Part shown: positions 42,495 through 50,781 of the stretch, piece after piece | How positions within the stretch are numbered: the stretch's first letter is position 1 | Layout: every line of letters begins with the position of its first letter | Assembly: GCA_963724465.1 (NCBI GenBank) | Contig: CAVRUT010000009.1 | Location: 66,424-130,423, forward strand | DNA: 64,000 nt | Direction of reading: 5' to 3' | Source of the DNA: an uncultured Acidobacteriota bacterium | GTDB lineage: Bacteria; Acidobacteriota; Thermoanaerobaculia; UBA5066; Gp7-AA6 | Made by a program: the position numbers and the translations under genes | The notes under the pieces: generated by a model | The model's input: only the letters and a program-made list of their open reading frames with translations | Told to the model about the DNA's origin: nothing | Database searches by the model: none

Positions 42495-43379
42495 ATGTCG
42501 ACCGTCACACTGAAAGCGAAGTCGGTCAATCTCGACCTGGCGAGCCGCCTGGACGAGGCGGGTCGGCTCCTGCTCGAACAGGGCGCCAACCCCTATCGAG
42601 TGCGCGCCTACCAGCGGGCCGCCGAGACGCTGCGGGCCCTCGATCGTCCGGTAACCGAGATCCTGGAAACCGAGGGCCTGGAGGGCCTGGACCGGCTTCC
42701 CGGAATCGGCATGACGCTGGCACGGGCGATCCGGGACACCGTGCGCCTGGGCCGGATGCCCATGCTCGAGCGGCTGCGCGGCGAGATGGACCCCGTCTCT
42801 CTGCTTTCGTCCGTGCCGGGAATCGGAGAGCGGCTGGCGCATAAGATTCACGAGGACCTGGGGATCGACTCGCTCGAGGATCTCGAGGCGGCGGCTCACG
42901 ACGGGCGCCTGGCGTCGATCGCGGGCCTCGGCAGGAAGAGAGTCGCCGGCGTCATCGACACGCTCGAGAGCCGTCTGCGAAGGGTGCGCATGAATCCGAC
43001 TCCGACCGAGGAAGCGCCGGTCGAGGAGATCCTCGACGTGGACCGGGAGTATCGAGAGGAAGCGGCCGCCGGAACTCTTCACCGGATCGCGCCACGGCGC
43101 TTCAACCCGGAGGGGAAGGCGTGGCTCCCGATCCTGCACACGCAGCGGGGCCCGCGGCACTACACGGCGCTCTTTTCCAATACGGCGAGGGCGCACGAGC
43201 AGGGCAAGACGGACGACTGGGTGGTCCTGTATTACGACGGAGGCGGGGGAGAGCGGCAGAACACCGTGATCACGTCCGAGCGCGCACCCCTGCGCGGGCG
43301 GCGCATCGTCCGTGGGCGGGAGGATGAATGCGCCCGGTACTACGCGGCGGAGTCGCCGTCACCGCGGAGGAGAACCGAG
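42495..43379 (+). CDS. Helix-hairpin-helix DNA-binding protein (PolX N-terminal-like)
   Basis: NPYRVRAYQRAAETL, LPGIGMTLARAI, VPGIGERLAHKI, LGRKRVAGV. No stop codon lies before the next gene's ATG. Confidence 0.6.
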
Positions 43380-43913
43380 ATGAAAGATCCCTGGAGGAAG
43401 CTGCTCGTTTTCGTTGCGGGATTCGCGCTCGCCGCAGGCGTCGCTGCCGGGTCCGGAATCGACGAGATCGACCGGTACCACCGGGTCAACGATCGGGTTG
43501 CGGTCGCCGGTCAGCCGACTCCGGCGCAGGTCGGGGCCATTGCCCAGGCGGGCTTCCGCACGATCATTAATCTGCGGCAGGAGTCGGAGCTCGACGCGCA
43601 GCCGGAGATCGAGGCCGCAAAGGACGCGGGACTGCGCTACATCTCGATCCCGATCTTGTCGGCGAGCCCGTCGGAGGAGCGCGTCGGGGAGTTCCTCCGC
43701 GTGACGGACGACCCGGACATCTATCCCGTCTTCATCCACTGCGCGACGGCCAATCGCGCCTCGGCCCTCTGGATGGTGCGTCGTGTGCTGCGCGACGGCT
43801 GGACTCTCGAGGAGGCCGAGAGGGAGGCCGGGCAGAACGGGTTGACGAGCGAAAGCCTCCGCAAGTTCGCCCGCGAGTACATCGAGACCCACGTTCCCCG
43901 GCCGGCGAACTGA
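43380..43913 (+). CDS. Secreted DUF442/PTP-loop phosphatase-like protein
   Basis: RBS GGAGGAG 7 nt upstream and signal peptide MKDPWRKLLVFVAGFALAAG. VAGQPTPAQVGAIAQAGFRTIINLR and an IHCATANRAS loop. Confidence 0.65.
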   Translation: MKDPWRKLLVFVAGFALAAGVAAGSGIDEIDRYHRVNDRVAVAGQPTPAQVGAIAQAGFRTIINLRQESELDAQPEIEAAKDAGLRYISIPILSASPSEERVGEFLRVTDDPDIYPVFIHCATANRASALWMVRRVLRDGWTLEEAEREAGQNGLTSESLRKFAREYIETHVPRPAN

Positions 43914-43940
43914 CGCGCGGGCTCCCCGCGCCGCTCGACA

Positions 43941-44660
43941 CTACGTATGCCCGTAGACCGGGATCGCTGCGCCGTGGATCAGCCTGGCATCGTCGCTGCA
44001 GAGAAACAGGATGACGCGCGCGATCTCCTCGGGCTTCGGCCACTTTGCAAAGTCCGCCTTCGGCATCGCCTTACGATTGGCTTCGGTGTCGATGATGCTC
44101 GGCAGAATCGAGTTCGCGCGCACGCCCGTGCCCTTGAGATCCGCGGCCAGCGAGTCGATCAGGGCGAGGGCCGCGGCCTTGGAGGCCGAGTAGGCGGCCT
44201 CGCCGGCGCCGTGAACGAGCGCCGACCGTGAGGCGACGTTGACGATCGCCCCGTGTCCCTGCTCGAGCATGGCGGGAGCGGCGGCGCGCGACAGCATGAA
44301 GCCCGAGCGCAGGTTGAGCAGCAGCATCCGGTCGAGGTCGCTCGCCTCCATTTCCCAGACTTTAGCGCCGCCCGTATAGCCGCCGACCGCGTTCACGAGG
44401 GCGTCGAGTCGCCCGTGGCGCGAGACGAGCTCCCAGACGAGCGCGCGGGCCGCAGCCTCGTCGGTGACGTCGGTCCGGTGGCCGGACAGGCGCGAGGCAT
44501 CGGCGCCGGCGGCGGCCTTCAAGGTCTCGAGCTCCTCGGTGTTGCGGTACGTGACCGCGACCCTGGCGCCTTGCCCGAGGAAGGCGAGCGTGACCGCGCG
44601 GCCGAGCCCGCCCGTTCCGCCGGCAACGAGAACGACTTTCTGGGCGAAGGTCATGATCAT
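43941..44660 (-). CDS. SDR family oxidoreductase (FabG-like)
   Basis: VAGGTGGLGRAV cofactor motif, NAVG, and the YSASKAA catalytic motif. Confidence 0.9.
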   Translation of the reverse strand: MIMTFAQKVVLVAGGTGGLGRAVTLAFLGQGARVAVTYRNTEELETLKAAAGADASRLSGHRTDVTDEAAARALVWELVSRHGRLDALVNAVGGYTGGAKVWEMEASDLDRMLLLNLRSGFMLSRAAAPAMLEQGHGAIVNVASRSALVHGAGEAAYSASKAAALALIDSLAADLKGTGVRANSILPSIIDTEANRKAMPKADFAKWPKPEEIARVILFLCSDDARLIHGAAIPVYGHT

Positions 44661-44703
44661 GCTCCGGGCGCGGCGTGCATTATGGCCCGGGCTGCGATCG
44701 AAC

Positions 44704-44809
44704 GGGATCCTTCGTCGCTCCGCTCGTCGAGATCACAGCGTAGTCACCGCGAGCGCTTCGTCGTCGTGCTGAGCCCCGCGCCGTCATCTCGAGCGCGGCG
44801 AGGGATCCC
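44704..44809. repeat. Repeat family 1, diverged inverted pair
   Basis: GGGATCCTTCGTCGCTCCGCTCGTCGAGATCAC ... GTCATCTCGAGCGCGGCGAGGGATCCC. Confidence 0.65.
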
Positions 44810-44885
44810 GGCCTCGACACGCGTCCGGCTCGTGCGGACTTGGCAGGAGCCTTGCTCCACCAGTCTTCATGATCGAGGTTGAATC

Positions 44886-45125
44886 ATGAAGGCCTTGACG
44901 AGAACCCCCCGGGAGGTGCCGCGGAAGGAAGTCCCGAGATCTCGTGTGAGACGACGACAACCGGCGGTCTTCATCGTCGGCATTACCGGCGACGGCTACG
45001 TGCCCGTGGTCGAGGATTACGAGACAGCGGCGTGTCGGTACGTGGTCGGGCTGCCGCGGGTCGTCCTCGATGCGGCGACCCGTCGCGAGCCCAACGCGAT
45101 GCGGGAGCAGGTCCAGATATTCTGA
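44886..45125 (+). CDS. Small hypothetical protein (79 aa)
   Basis: Isolated ORF with GAGG 8 nt upstream. No family recognised. Confidence 0.3.
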   Translation: MKALTRTPREVPRKEVPRSRVRRRQPAVFIVGITGDGYVPVVEDYETAACRYVVGLPRVVLDAATRREPNAMREQVQIF

Positions 45126-45284
45126 GCTAGCTGGCCGAGCTGGCCGGGGTCTTGAGGCCGGTCTCGTCATCCCGGATTGCCCGGAACCCATCTCGGGCCG
45201 TGCCGCCCACGTCAATGGATCGCGGATCCCCAAAGAAGATGACGCGGGGGCTTGCCGTGCCCGACTGATACGCAAAGGACAGGA

Positions 45285-46013
45285 TCAGCTCCCGCTCTCG
45301 TCCCGTGTTCCTGCGAACACCTCACGGACGTCTTCCGCCGAGCGGGCTTCCAGAAGCCTCCGGACCAACTCCTCCTTGTGAACGAGGTAGCTCAGCCGAG
45401 CCTCCCAGAGGAGCTGGATCGAGACTGTCTGGGTTAGCAGGATGAAGGCGATCCTTGGTCGGTGCTCGTAGGGGTCATGAAAGTCAACCGGTCCGAGGGC
45501 CCGAATCACCACGATCTGGTTCGACCCGAGCAGGCGTCTGCCCGCTTCCTTCGGATGCGGATACGCGACATCCGGATGGAACGCGGTGCTAGAAAGAGCT
45601 TCGCGCTCGAGGACGGACCGGCAGATCCGCTCGTTCGCCGTTTCAGCCCCGGCCGGTCCCGGGCCCTCAGCGAGCACGATGCGAGCGCGGCGAAAGGCAG
45701 CGCGGATGAGCTGCGCCGCATCGCGCTGGGGCGCGTCGAGGAAGACGTTCTGAACGTCCAGATAGGGATGAAGGCTGATCTCACAGCCCGGGTAACTGAC
45801 TGGCTCGGCCGGCATTTGCTCCACGGACCGGCGTCTCGCAATCCACTCTTCCAGATCGCTGACGCGCAGACGCCAGCGTCCATCCACGCGGACAGCGTGA
45901 AGTTCCCCCGATAGTCGCCGGACGGTCGTCGGAGAGAGCGAGAGATAGCGCACAGCGTCGGCGACCGACATCGTCTCCTCGGCGTCGAGCATCTCCTGCT
46001 CCTGCGAACCCAT
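45285..46013 (-). CDS. Excisionase-type HTH fused to a PTS EIIA-2 (PtsN-like) domain, copy 2
   Basis: N-terminus MSVADAVRYLSLSPTTVRRL...RLRVSDLEEWI. The EIIA-like core has the His loop VAYPHPK and FILLT...LLWEARLSYL. Its start is 1 nt after the upstream stop. Confidence 0.65.
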   Translation of the reverse strand: MGSQEQEMLDAEETMSVADAVRYLSLSPTTVRRLSGELHAVRVDGRWRLRVSDLEEWIARRRSVEQMPAEPVSYPGCEISLHPYLDVQNVFLDAPQRDAAQLIRAAFRRARIVLAEGPGPAGAETANERICRSVLEREALSSTAFHPDVAYPHPKEAGRRLLGSNQIVVIRALGPVDFHDPYEHRPRIAFILLTQTVSIQLLWEARLSYLVHKEELVRRLLEARSAEDVREVFAGTRDESGS

Positions 46014-46014
46014 T

Positions 46015-46371
46015 TCAGCGCGACTTTGTCGGGGGTGACGACCTGACCGGCTTGCGAGCTCGGCGGCTCATCGATGCGGTTTGCCTCGACGAGGGGCGCC
46101 TGGCTTGGTCGCCCGAGCGGGACGTCCGAGCCGAACCGGTGGCTTCATCAGCCGGCCTCGGGAGCGACAACTTCGTCTGGTCCTCGTGAAACAGCAGGCG
46201 GCCACAGTGTGGGCACCCGACAAGGCCCTCGTTCTGACGGATCAGTTGAAGAAGCCGAGGCAGGAGTCTGAGGTGGCAGCCACCACAGTGAGCGCCCTGA
46301 ACGTGTGCGATCGGGGATTGATCCGCCGCTCGATGGAGGCTGCCACTCTGCCGGGGAAACTCAGAAGCCAT
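46015..46371 (-). CDS. C4 zinc-ribbon protein (COG1579-type ribbon) with a basic tail
   Basis: CGGCHLRLLPRLLQLIRQNEGLVGCPHCGRLLF, followed by an Arg/Ser/Lys-rich tail. It is sandwiched between the two HTH-EIIA genes with 6-nt and 1-nt gaps. Confidence 0.6.
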   Translation of the reverse strand: MASEFPRQSGSLHRAADQSPIAHVQGAHCGGCHLRLLPRLLQLIRQNEGLVGCPHCGRLLFHEDQTKLSLPRPADEATGSARTSRSGDQARRPSSRQTASMSRRARKPVRSSPPTKSR

Positions 46372-46377
46372 GGTCCC

Positions 46378-47097
46378 TCAGTTGCCGACCCTTGCCGAGA
46401 GCTCCGGCTCCAGGATCCGCTCCGCTTGAATGAGTGACTCGTAAATCGCGGCGGTGTCCGCAGCCTCGAGCAGGTCCTTGACGGCGTGCTCACGAGCGAG
46501 CATTTGCGAGAGCTTGAAGAGCCAGGGCAGGTGCAGCTCTTCGTACTTGAGGCCCAACACGAAGAAGAGATGCGTCGGTTTTCCGTCGAGGGCGTCGAAT
46601 TCCACTCCCTCGAGCGACCGCCCGAGCACCATGAACGGTCGGACGATCTGCTCGGGATTGCGGCGCAGCGTGTGCAGGAAGGCGATGCCACCTCCGAATG
46701 CTCCCGGAAACACGTTTTCCCGTTGAATCAGAGCCCCCACGAACCAGGTCTTGTCGCGGACGAGTCCCAGGCGGTGCGCGAGCCCCGACAACTCTTCGAT
46801 CACCCCGTTCTTGGTCTGGGCGGTGAGCTCCGGGATGATGTGATCCGGCTGAAAGCAGGTCGAAAGACCCAGCATGCGCCGGGGCGAACCCTCCATCGGA
46901 GGTCCGCTGAGATAGCGGGGCAACACTCCCAGCATCTGGTCGTCCAGCCAGGTGTCGATCATTGCCTTTCGAAAACGCCATTGGCTGCCGACCTTCACGC
47001 CCGGAACGGTGCCGTCAGCCACCAGCTTCAAGGCGGTCCGCTCGTTAACGTTCAGGTAAGCAGCCAGTTGCTTCACAGTCATCAAGCGATCTTCCAT
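46378..47097 (-). CDS. Excisionase-type HTH fused to a PTS EIIA-2 (PtsN-like) domain, copy 1
   Basis: MTVKQLAAYLNVNERTALKLVADGTVPGVKVGSQWRFRKAMIDTWL. The EIIA-2 core is TKNGVIEELSGL...GGGIAFLHT...THLFFVLG...HLPWLFKLSQML. Confidence 0.75.
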   Translation of the reverse strand: MEDRLMTVKQLAAYLNVNERTALKLVADGTVPGVKVGSQWRFRKAMIDTWLDDQMLGVLPRYLSGPPMEGSPRRMLGLSTCFQPDHIIPELTAQTKNGVIEELSGLAHRLGLVRDKTWFVGALIQRENVFPGAFGGGIAFLHTLRRNPEQIVRPFMVLGRSLEGVEFDALDGKPTHLFFVLGLKYEELHLPWLFKLSQMLAREHAVKDLLEAADTAAIYESLIQAERILEPELSARVGN

Positions 47098-47124
47098 TCG
47101 TACCTCCAGCCTGATCCATCGCCG

Positions 47125-47153
47125 TTGACCTGAGGGCTATCGTGCTCTAAAAT
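47125..47153 (+). promoter_or_regulatory. Near-consensus sigma70 promoter (TTGACC-17 nt-TAAAAT)
   Basis: Exact hexamers and spacing seen in the AT-rich divergent region between 47097 (-) and 47177 (+). Confidence 0.5.
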
Positions 47154-47176
47154 ACGCCTTTCGTCAAGAGACGACG

Positions 47177-47590
47177 TTGTTTTACGTAAAACTACCTGTT
47201 GATACCCTGGAATACCATCCCGATATTGGTAGCCAGAGCCCGGTTCACGGGACGCCCGCTGAGGCGGAATTGAGGCAGCCGGGCGAGCCGAGAGGGTGGT
47301 GGTCTTCCGCAGGTTCGAGAATCTCTCTCGCGGGCTTCGGACTGAGCTTGCTCCTGCTGATGATCGAGTATTTGACCGCGGGCGGGTTCCCCGGCTGGTT
47401 CATCCTGGTTCCGAGTAACCCGACCACAATCCTGGCCGCTCTCGTTGGCCACAAGGTTGAGGCAGCCGTCGGCGCTCGGTGGTCGGACGAGGCCTTCTTC
47501 GCCACACTCGGCGTGGAATCGGCTCTCTGGTGGTATTTGGTCGGCGTCCTCGTCGTCGTAGTTCGCCGTCGCCGCGCCCACCAGAGGTAG
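47177..47590 (+). CDS. Small membrane protein, start uncertain
   Basis: Three hydrophobic segments (FGLSLLLLMIEYL, WFILVPSNPTTILAALV, LWWYLVGVLVVVV). It lies downstream of the promoter at 47125. Confidence 0.35.
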   Translation: MFYVKLPVDTLEYHPDIGSQSPVHGTPAEAELRQPGEPRGWWSSAGSRISLAGFGLSLLLLMIEYLTAGGFPGWFILVPSNPTTILAALVGHKVEAAVGARWSDEAFFATLGVESALWWYLVGVLVVVVRRRRAHQR

Positions 47591-47726
47591 CCATCTAGTC
47601 GGCGGCTCTCCGTGCGTGGTTGGGTCTGGTCGGAAAGCACGAGAGGGTCAGTGGCGAGCGGTGTAGGAGCCGAACGGAGCGCGTGCGCTAAGCCAAGGAC
47701 TGATCCGATAAGGGCCGGACCTTAGG

Positions 47727-47880
47727 TGAACCCATGGGATTCTTGCGAATCCCTGAATGATTTCGACTTACTCCCTCGATTTGTCCGTATCGATGTCCGC
47801 GTTGGCGTGGAGAAAACGAGATGCGGATCGGCCCGTGGGCCAGCGTTCGAGCTGAACTTCAGCTCGTCGCAGCGCGCAGC
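47727..47880. repeat. X repeat, copy A (begins with the tmRNA T-loop heptamer TGAACCC)
   Basis: ATGGGATTCTTGCGAATCCCTGAATGATTTCGACTTACTCCCTCGATTTGTCCGT... aligns with copies at 49885 and 52705. Hairpin GGGATTC/GAATCCC at 47736-47753. Confidence 0.7.
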
Positions 47881-47939
47881 AGACACTGGAGAAGGGAGCG
47901 TGCCGCGGCCGCTGGTATCGTGGGGCCGGAGGTGCCGCC

Positions 47940-48932
47940 ATGAGCCGCCTGGCCGCCGTTCTCGCCGCGCTCCTTCTGGCGCCGATCGCGCTGACCGCCG
48001 AGCCTTCGCCAACGGTCCCGCTTCGCCCGGTCCACACCTACTCGATCGTCGCCCGCGATGCGGCGACGGGCGAGATGGGCGTGGCCGTTCAGTCGCACGC
48101 GTTCTCGGTCGGCTCGGGCGTGACGTGGGCGGAGGCGGGCGTGGGCGCGGTCGCGACCCAGTCGTTCATCGACCCGAGCTACGGGCCGCTCGGCCTCGCC
48201 ATGATGCGCGCCGGGCGGAGCGCCCCCGACGCCCTCAAGGGGCTCCTTGCGGCAGACGACGGGCGCGACGTGCGGCAGGTGGCGATGATCGACGCCTCCG
48301 GCCGCGTCGCCGCCCACACCGGCGTGAAGTGCATTCCGGCCGCGGGGGATCACGTCGGCGAGAACTACTCCGTCCAGGCGAACCTGATGGAGAAGGACAC
48401 CGTGTGGCCCGCGATGGCGAAGGCGTTCGAAACGACGCGCGGCGACCTCGCCGATCGGATGCTCGCCGCGCTCGAGGCCGCCCAGGGGGAGGGCGGCGAC
48501 ATCCGCGGCATGCAGTCGGCCGCGATTCTCGTCGTCAAGGGCGTCTCGAGCGGGCGGCCGTGGCAGGACCGAATCTTCGACCTCCGCGTCGAGGACCATC
48601 CGTCGCCCGTCGCGGAGCTTCGGCGCCTCGTCAGGCTCCAGCGCGCCAACAACCTCGCGAGCGAAGGGGACCGCGCGTTGGAGAAGAAGGACGACGCCAA
48701 GGCGCTCGAGGCCTACGGCGCGGCCGAGACCCTTGTCCCCGACGACGCCGAGATGGCCTACTGGCACGCCGTCGCCATGGTGAACGCGGGGCGCTTGGAC
48801 GAATCGCTCCCCGTCTTCGCGAAGGCCTACCGCCTCTACCCCAAATGGCGTGAGATGGCAGCGCGCCTCTCGAAGGTGGGGCTCCTCCCGGACGACCCGA
48901 AGGTCATCGCCCGCATCGTCGCCGCGAAGTAG
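47940..48932 (+). CDS. DUF1028 family (Ntn-hydrolase-like) secreted protein with a TPR-like tail, copy 1
   Basis: Signal peptide, then HTYSIVARDAATGEMGVAVQSHAFSVGSGVTWAEAGVGAVATQSF, typical of DUF1028. About 93% aa identity to 50782-51774. Confidence 0.75.
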   Translation: MSRLAAVLAALLLAPIALTAEPSPTVPLRPVHTYSIVARDAATGEMGVAVQSHAFSVGSGVTWAEAGVGAVATQSFIDPSYGPLGLAMMRAGRSAPDALKGLLAADDGRDVRQVAMIDASGRVAAHTGVKCIPAAGDHVGENYSVQANLMEKDTVWPAMAKAFETTRGDLADRMLAALEAAQGEGGDIRGMQSAAILVVKGVSSGRPWQDRIFDLRVEDHPSPVAELRRLVRLQRANNLASEGDRALEKKDDAKALEAYGAAETLVPDDAEMAYWHAVAMVNAGRLDESLPVFAKAYRLYPKWREMAARLSKVGLLPDDPKVIARIVAAK

Positions 48933-48987
48933 CGGGTCGGGCTGCGGCTCGCTGAGCTTGCACGGAGCGAGGAGTCACTTCTCTTTT

Positions 48988-49165
48988 CTTGAGAAACAGG
49001 AAATGGTGGACGTCCTCCAGGCGATTGCGCGCTCTTGGGACGAGTTTCGAGGCAATTGCGCGACAGCTCGGAGTGAGCGAAAAAGACCGTTGAGAAATCT
49101 TTGCGAAACTAAACGGACCGATCGAGCCATCGCTCTGGCGTCCGAAGATGGGGGACGGCTACATC
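48988..49165 (+). pseudogene. Degenerate LuxR-type HTH fragment
   Basis: Pieces EMVDVLQAIA / IARQLGVSEK / LRNL...DRAIALA lie in different frames with an internal stop. They resemble the C-terminal HTH of LuxR/FixJ regulators. Confidence 0.35.
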
Positions 49166-49169
49166 GTCT

Positions 49170-49269
49170 CGGCCAAACAGGTGGGGTCACGCCGGGGCTC
49201 GTCCGGATCTCCGTCGGCATCGAGGACGCGGCCGACATCCTGGCCGACCTCGATCAGGCACTGGCCTGA
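49170..49269 (+). pseudogene. Orphan 3' fragment of the cystathionine gamma-lyase/synthase gene (diverged copy of the 56283-56370 end)
   Basis: Encodes ...GVTPGLVRISVGIEDAADILADLDQALA*, identical at the aa level to the C-terminus of 56283-57416. About 85% nt identity by eye. Confidence 0.7.
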
Positions 49270-49299
49270 CGAGGCGGGCTCGCGCGCCCGCCCGGGGCC

Positions 49300-49581
49300 T
49301 CAGCTCGCGTGTCGGAGGCGCATCGGTCCCCGGGCGGCGCGTTCCTCCGGGAACGCAACGGCGACCGGGCGCGTGCGGACGGGGGCCTGCATCCACTTGG
49401 CCATCAGCCAGAACTGCTCGCCGCCGCACTTGGGGCACGTCCGGTTCCGGACGCTGAAGGTGACCAGGCAGTCGAGACAGAGCGCCGTCTCGCCTTCCCG
49501 GACGGCCTCGCCGAACCTCGACTCGGCACGAATCCGGGAATCGGACCATCCCAGCCAGTTCGACTGATCACGGACCCCCAT
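49300..49581 (-). CDS. Small zinc-ribbon protein (93 aa), copy 1
   Basis: RBS GGAGG, with CLDC...CPKC. The central 46 codons are identical in aa to 55971-56252, with 5 synonymous nt differences. Confidence 0.65.
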   Translation of the reverse strand: MGVRDQSNWLGWSDSRIRAESRFGEAVREGETALCLDCLVTFSVRNRTCPKCGGEQFWLMAKWMQAPVRTRPVAVAFPEERAARGPMRLRHAS

Positions 49582-49739
49582 GGGAGCCTCCTTCGTTCCG
49601 AGCCGCCTTTCGATCGCTGCGACTCGGGGGTCGGCCCCGGCAGAGTCCAGCGGGACCCCTGATGCTATCGCGACTTCCTGTCTGGGAGGACAGGTGTCGA
49701 GGTCCCACGGACAGGTACGGACAGGTCTTCGATGGCGGC

Positions 49740-49880
49740 TAAACGTTGTCAGCGCACGAGTTCGACGCGCGATACGGTCGGTCGGACCGAGGGAACTGGG
49801 GGAGGGTAACGGCTTCGGACCCGGACGATACGCGGCAGGAACGAGGCCGAAACATGGAGAGACGAAACCGACACCTGGCG
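49740..49880 (-). pseudogene. Degenerate 3' fragment of the VWA-like gene (copy of the 55700-55820 end)
   Basis: ...CTCCCCCAG...GCGTCGAACTCGTGCGCTGACAACGTTTA aligns with the end of 54558-55820. The frame is broken by one base. Confidence 0.5.
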
Positions 49881-49884
49881 GGAA

Positions 49885-49970
49885 CGATCCGATTCCTGGA
49901 GTTTTCATCTTTGAATTGGAAATTCCTGAGTGATTTGAGTCACCTCCCTTGTCGTTGTCCGCGTTGCGGC
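49885..49970. repeat. X repeat, copy B (most diverged)
   Basis: ...AATTCCTGAGTGATTTGAGTCACCTCCCTTGTCGTTGTCCGCGTTGCGG aligns with X-A and X-C. Confidence 0.5.
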
Positions 49971-50144
49971 TGCATGATGGCGATGACGGCCCACGCCGCG
50001 GGCGAACGCACGCGTCGCAGATCGGCGGGCAACGGCTCGATACCCTGCCGTGGGCTGGATGTATACATTGCGTATGTCCGAGGCCCATGAACGCACGAAA
50101 GCAAGAGCCGCTCGACTTCGCCTGAGAGAAAGAGATCTTGCCTG

Positions 50145-50711
50145 ATGTCCCTCCTCGCCCTCCTCTGCGCCTCCGCGCTTGCGCTTGCCGGCGCGGAGCC
50201 CGCGATGCGCGAGGAGGTGGCCGGCGTACCGAACTTCGCGGTTGTGTCGCCGGTCCTGTCGCGCGGCGCGCAGCCGACGCACGAGGGTTTTCGCGCCCTG
50301 CGCGAACGCGGGATCCGGACGATCGTCGCGCTGCGCTGGGTGCACGATGATGACGCGGCGCTCGCGGGGCTCGGCCTGAACTCCTACCGGCTCCGCGCCA
50401 AGCAGTGGCACCCGGAGACTGAAGACGTGGTGCGCGCGATGAAGGTGATCCTCACGCCGGAGTACCAGCCCGTCTTCGTCCACTGCCAGGCCGGGAAGGA
50501 CCGCACGGGCCTCGTCGTCGCCGTCTACCGGATCCTCGTGGACGGGTGGAGTGTGGACGACGCGATCGCCGAGCGGAAGGCCTTCGGCGCCGCGGATTTC
50601 TGGGAAGAGAACAAGACGTACCTCATGCGCCTCCGGAGTGCGGAAGCGAGACGGGAGCTCATGGCGGCCATCGAGGCCGCTCCCGTGCCGCCCGTCGTCC
50701 TGGTGCCGTAG
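50145..50711 (+). CDS. Secreted dual-specificity/tyrosine protein phosphatase
   Basis: Signal peptide and PTP loop VHCQAGKDRTG. Confidence 0.8.
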   Translation: MSLLALLCASALALAGAEPAMREEVAGVPNFAVVSPVLSRGAQPTHEGFRALRERGIRTIVALRWVHDDDAALAGLGLNSYRLRAKQWHPETEDVVRAMKVILTPEYQPVFVHCQAGKDRTGLVVAVYRILVDGWSVDDAIAERKAFGAADFWEENKTYLMRLRSAEARRELMAAIEAAPVPPVVLVP

Positions 50712-50781
50712 GTCCCTCGTCGAGATCTCGAGAAGGGAGCGCACCGGCGGCCGCTGGTATCGTGGGGCCGGAGGTGCCGCC

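Noticed and set aside
49300-50088. The 262-codon ORF on the minus strand, and the 49746-50090 ORF on the plus strand.
   Set aside because: Only the last 93 codons (49300-49581) have an RBS, a paralog and conservation. The upstream part runs through the degenerate VWA fragment and X-B repeat.
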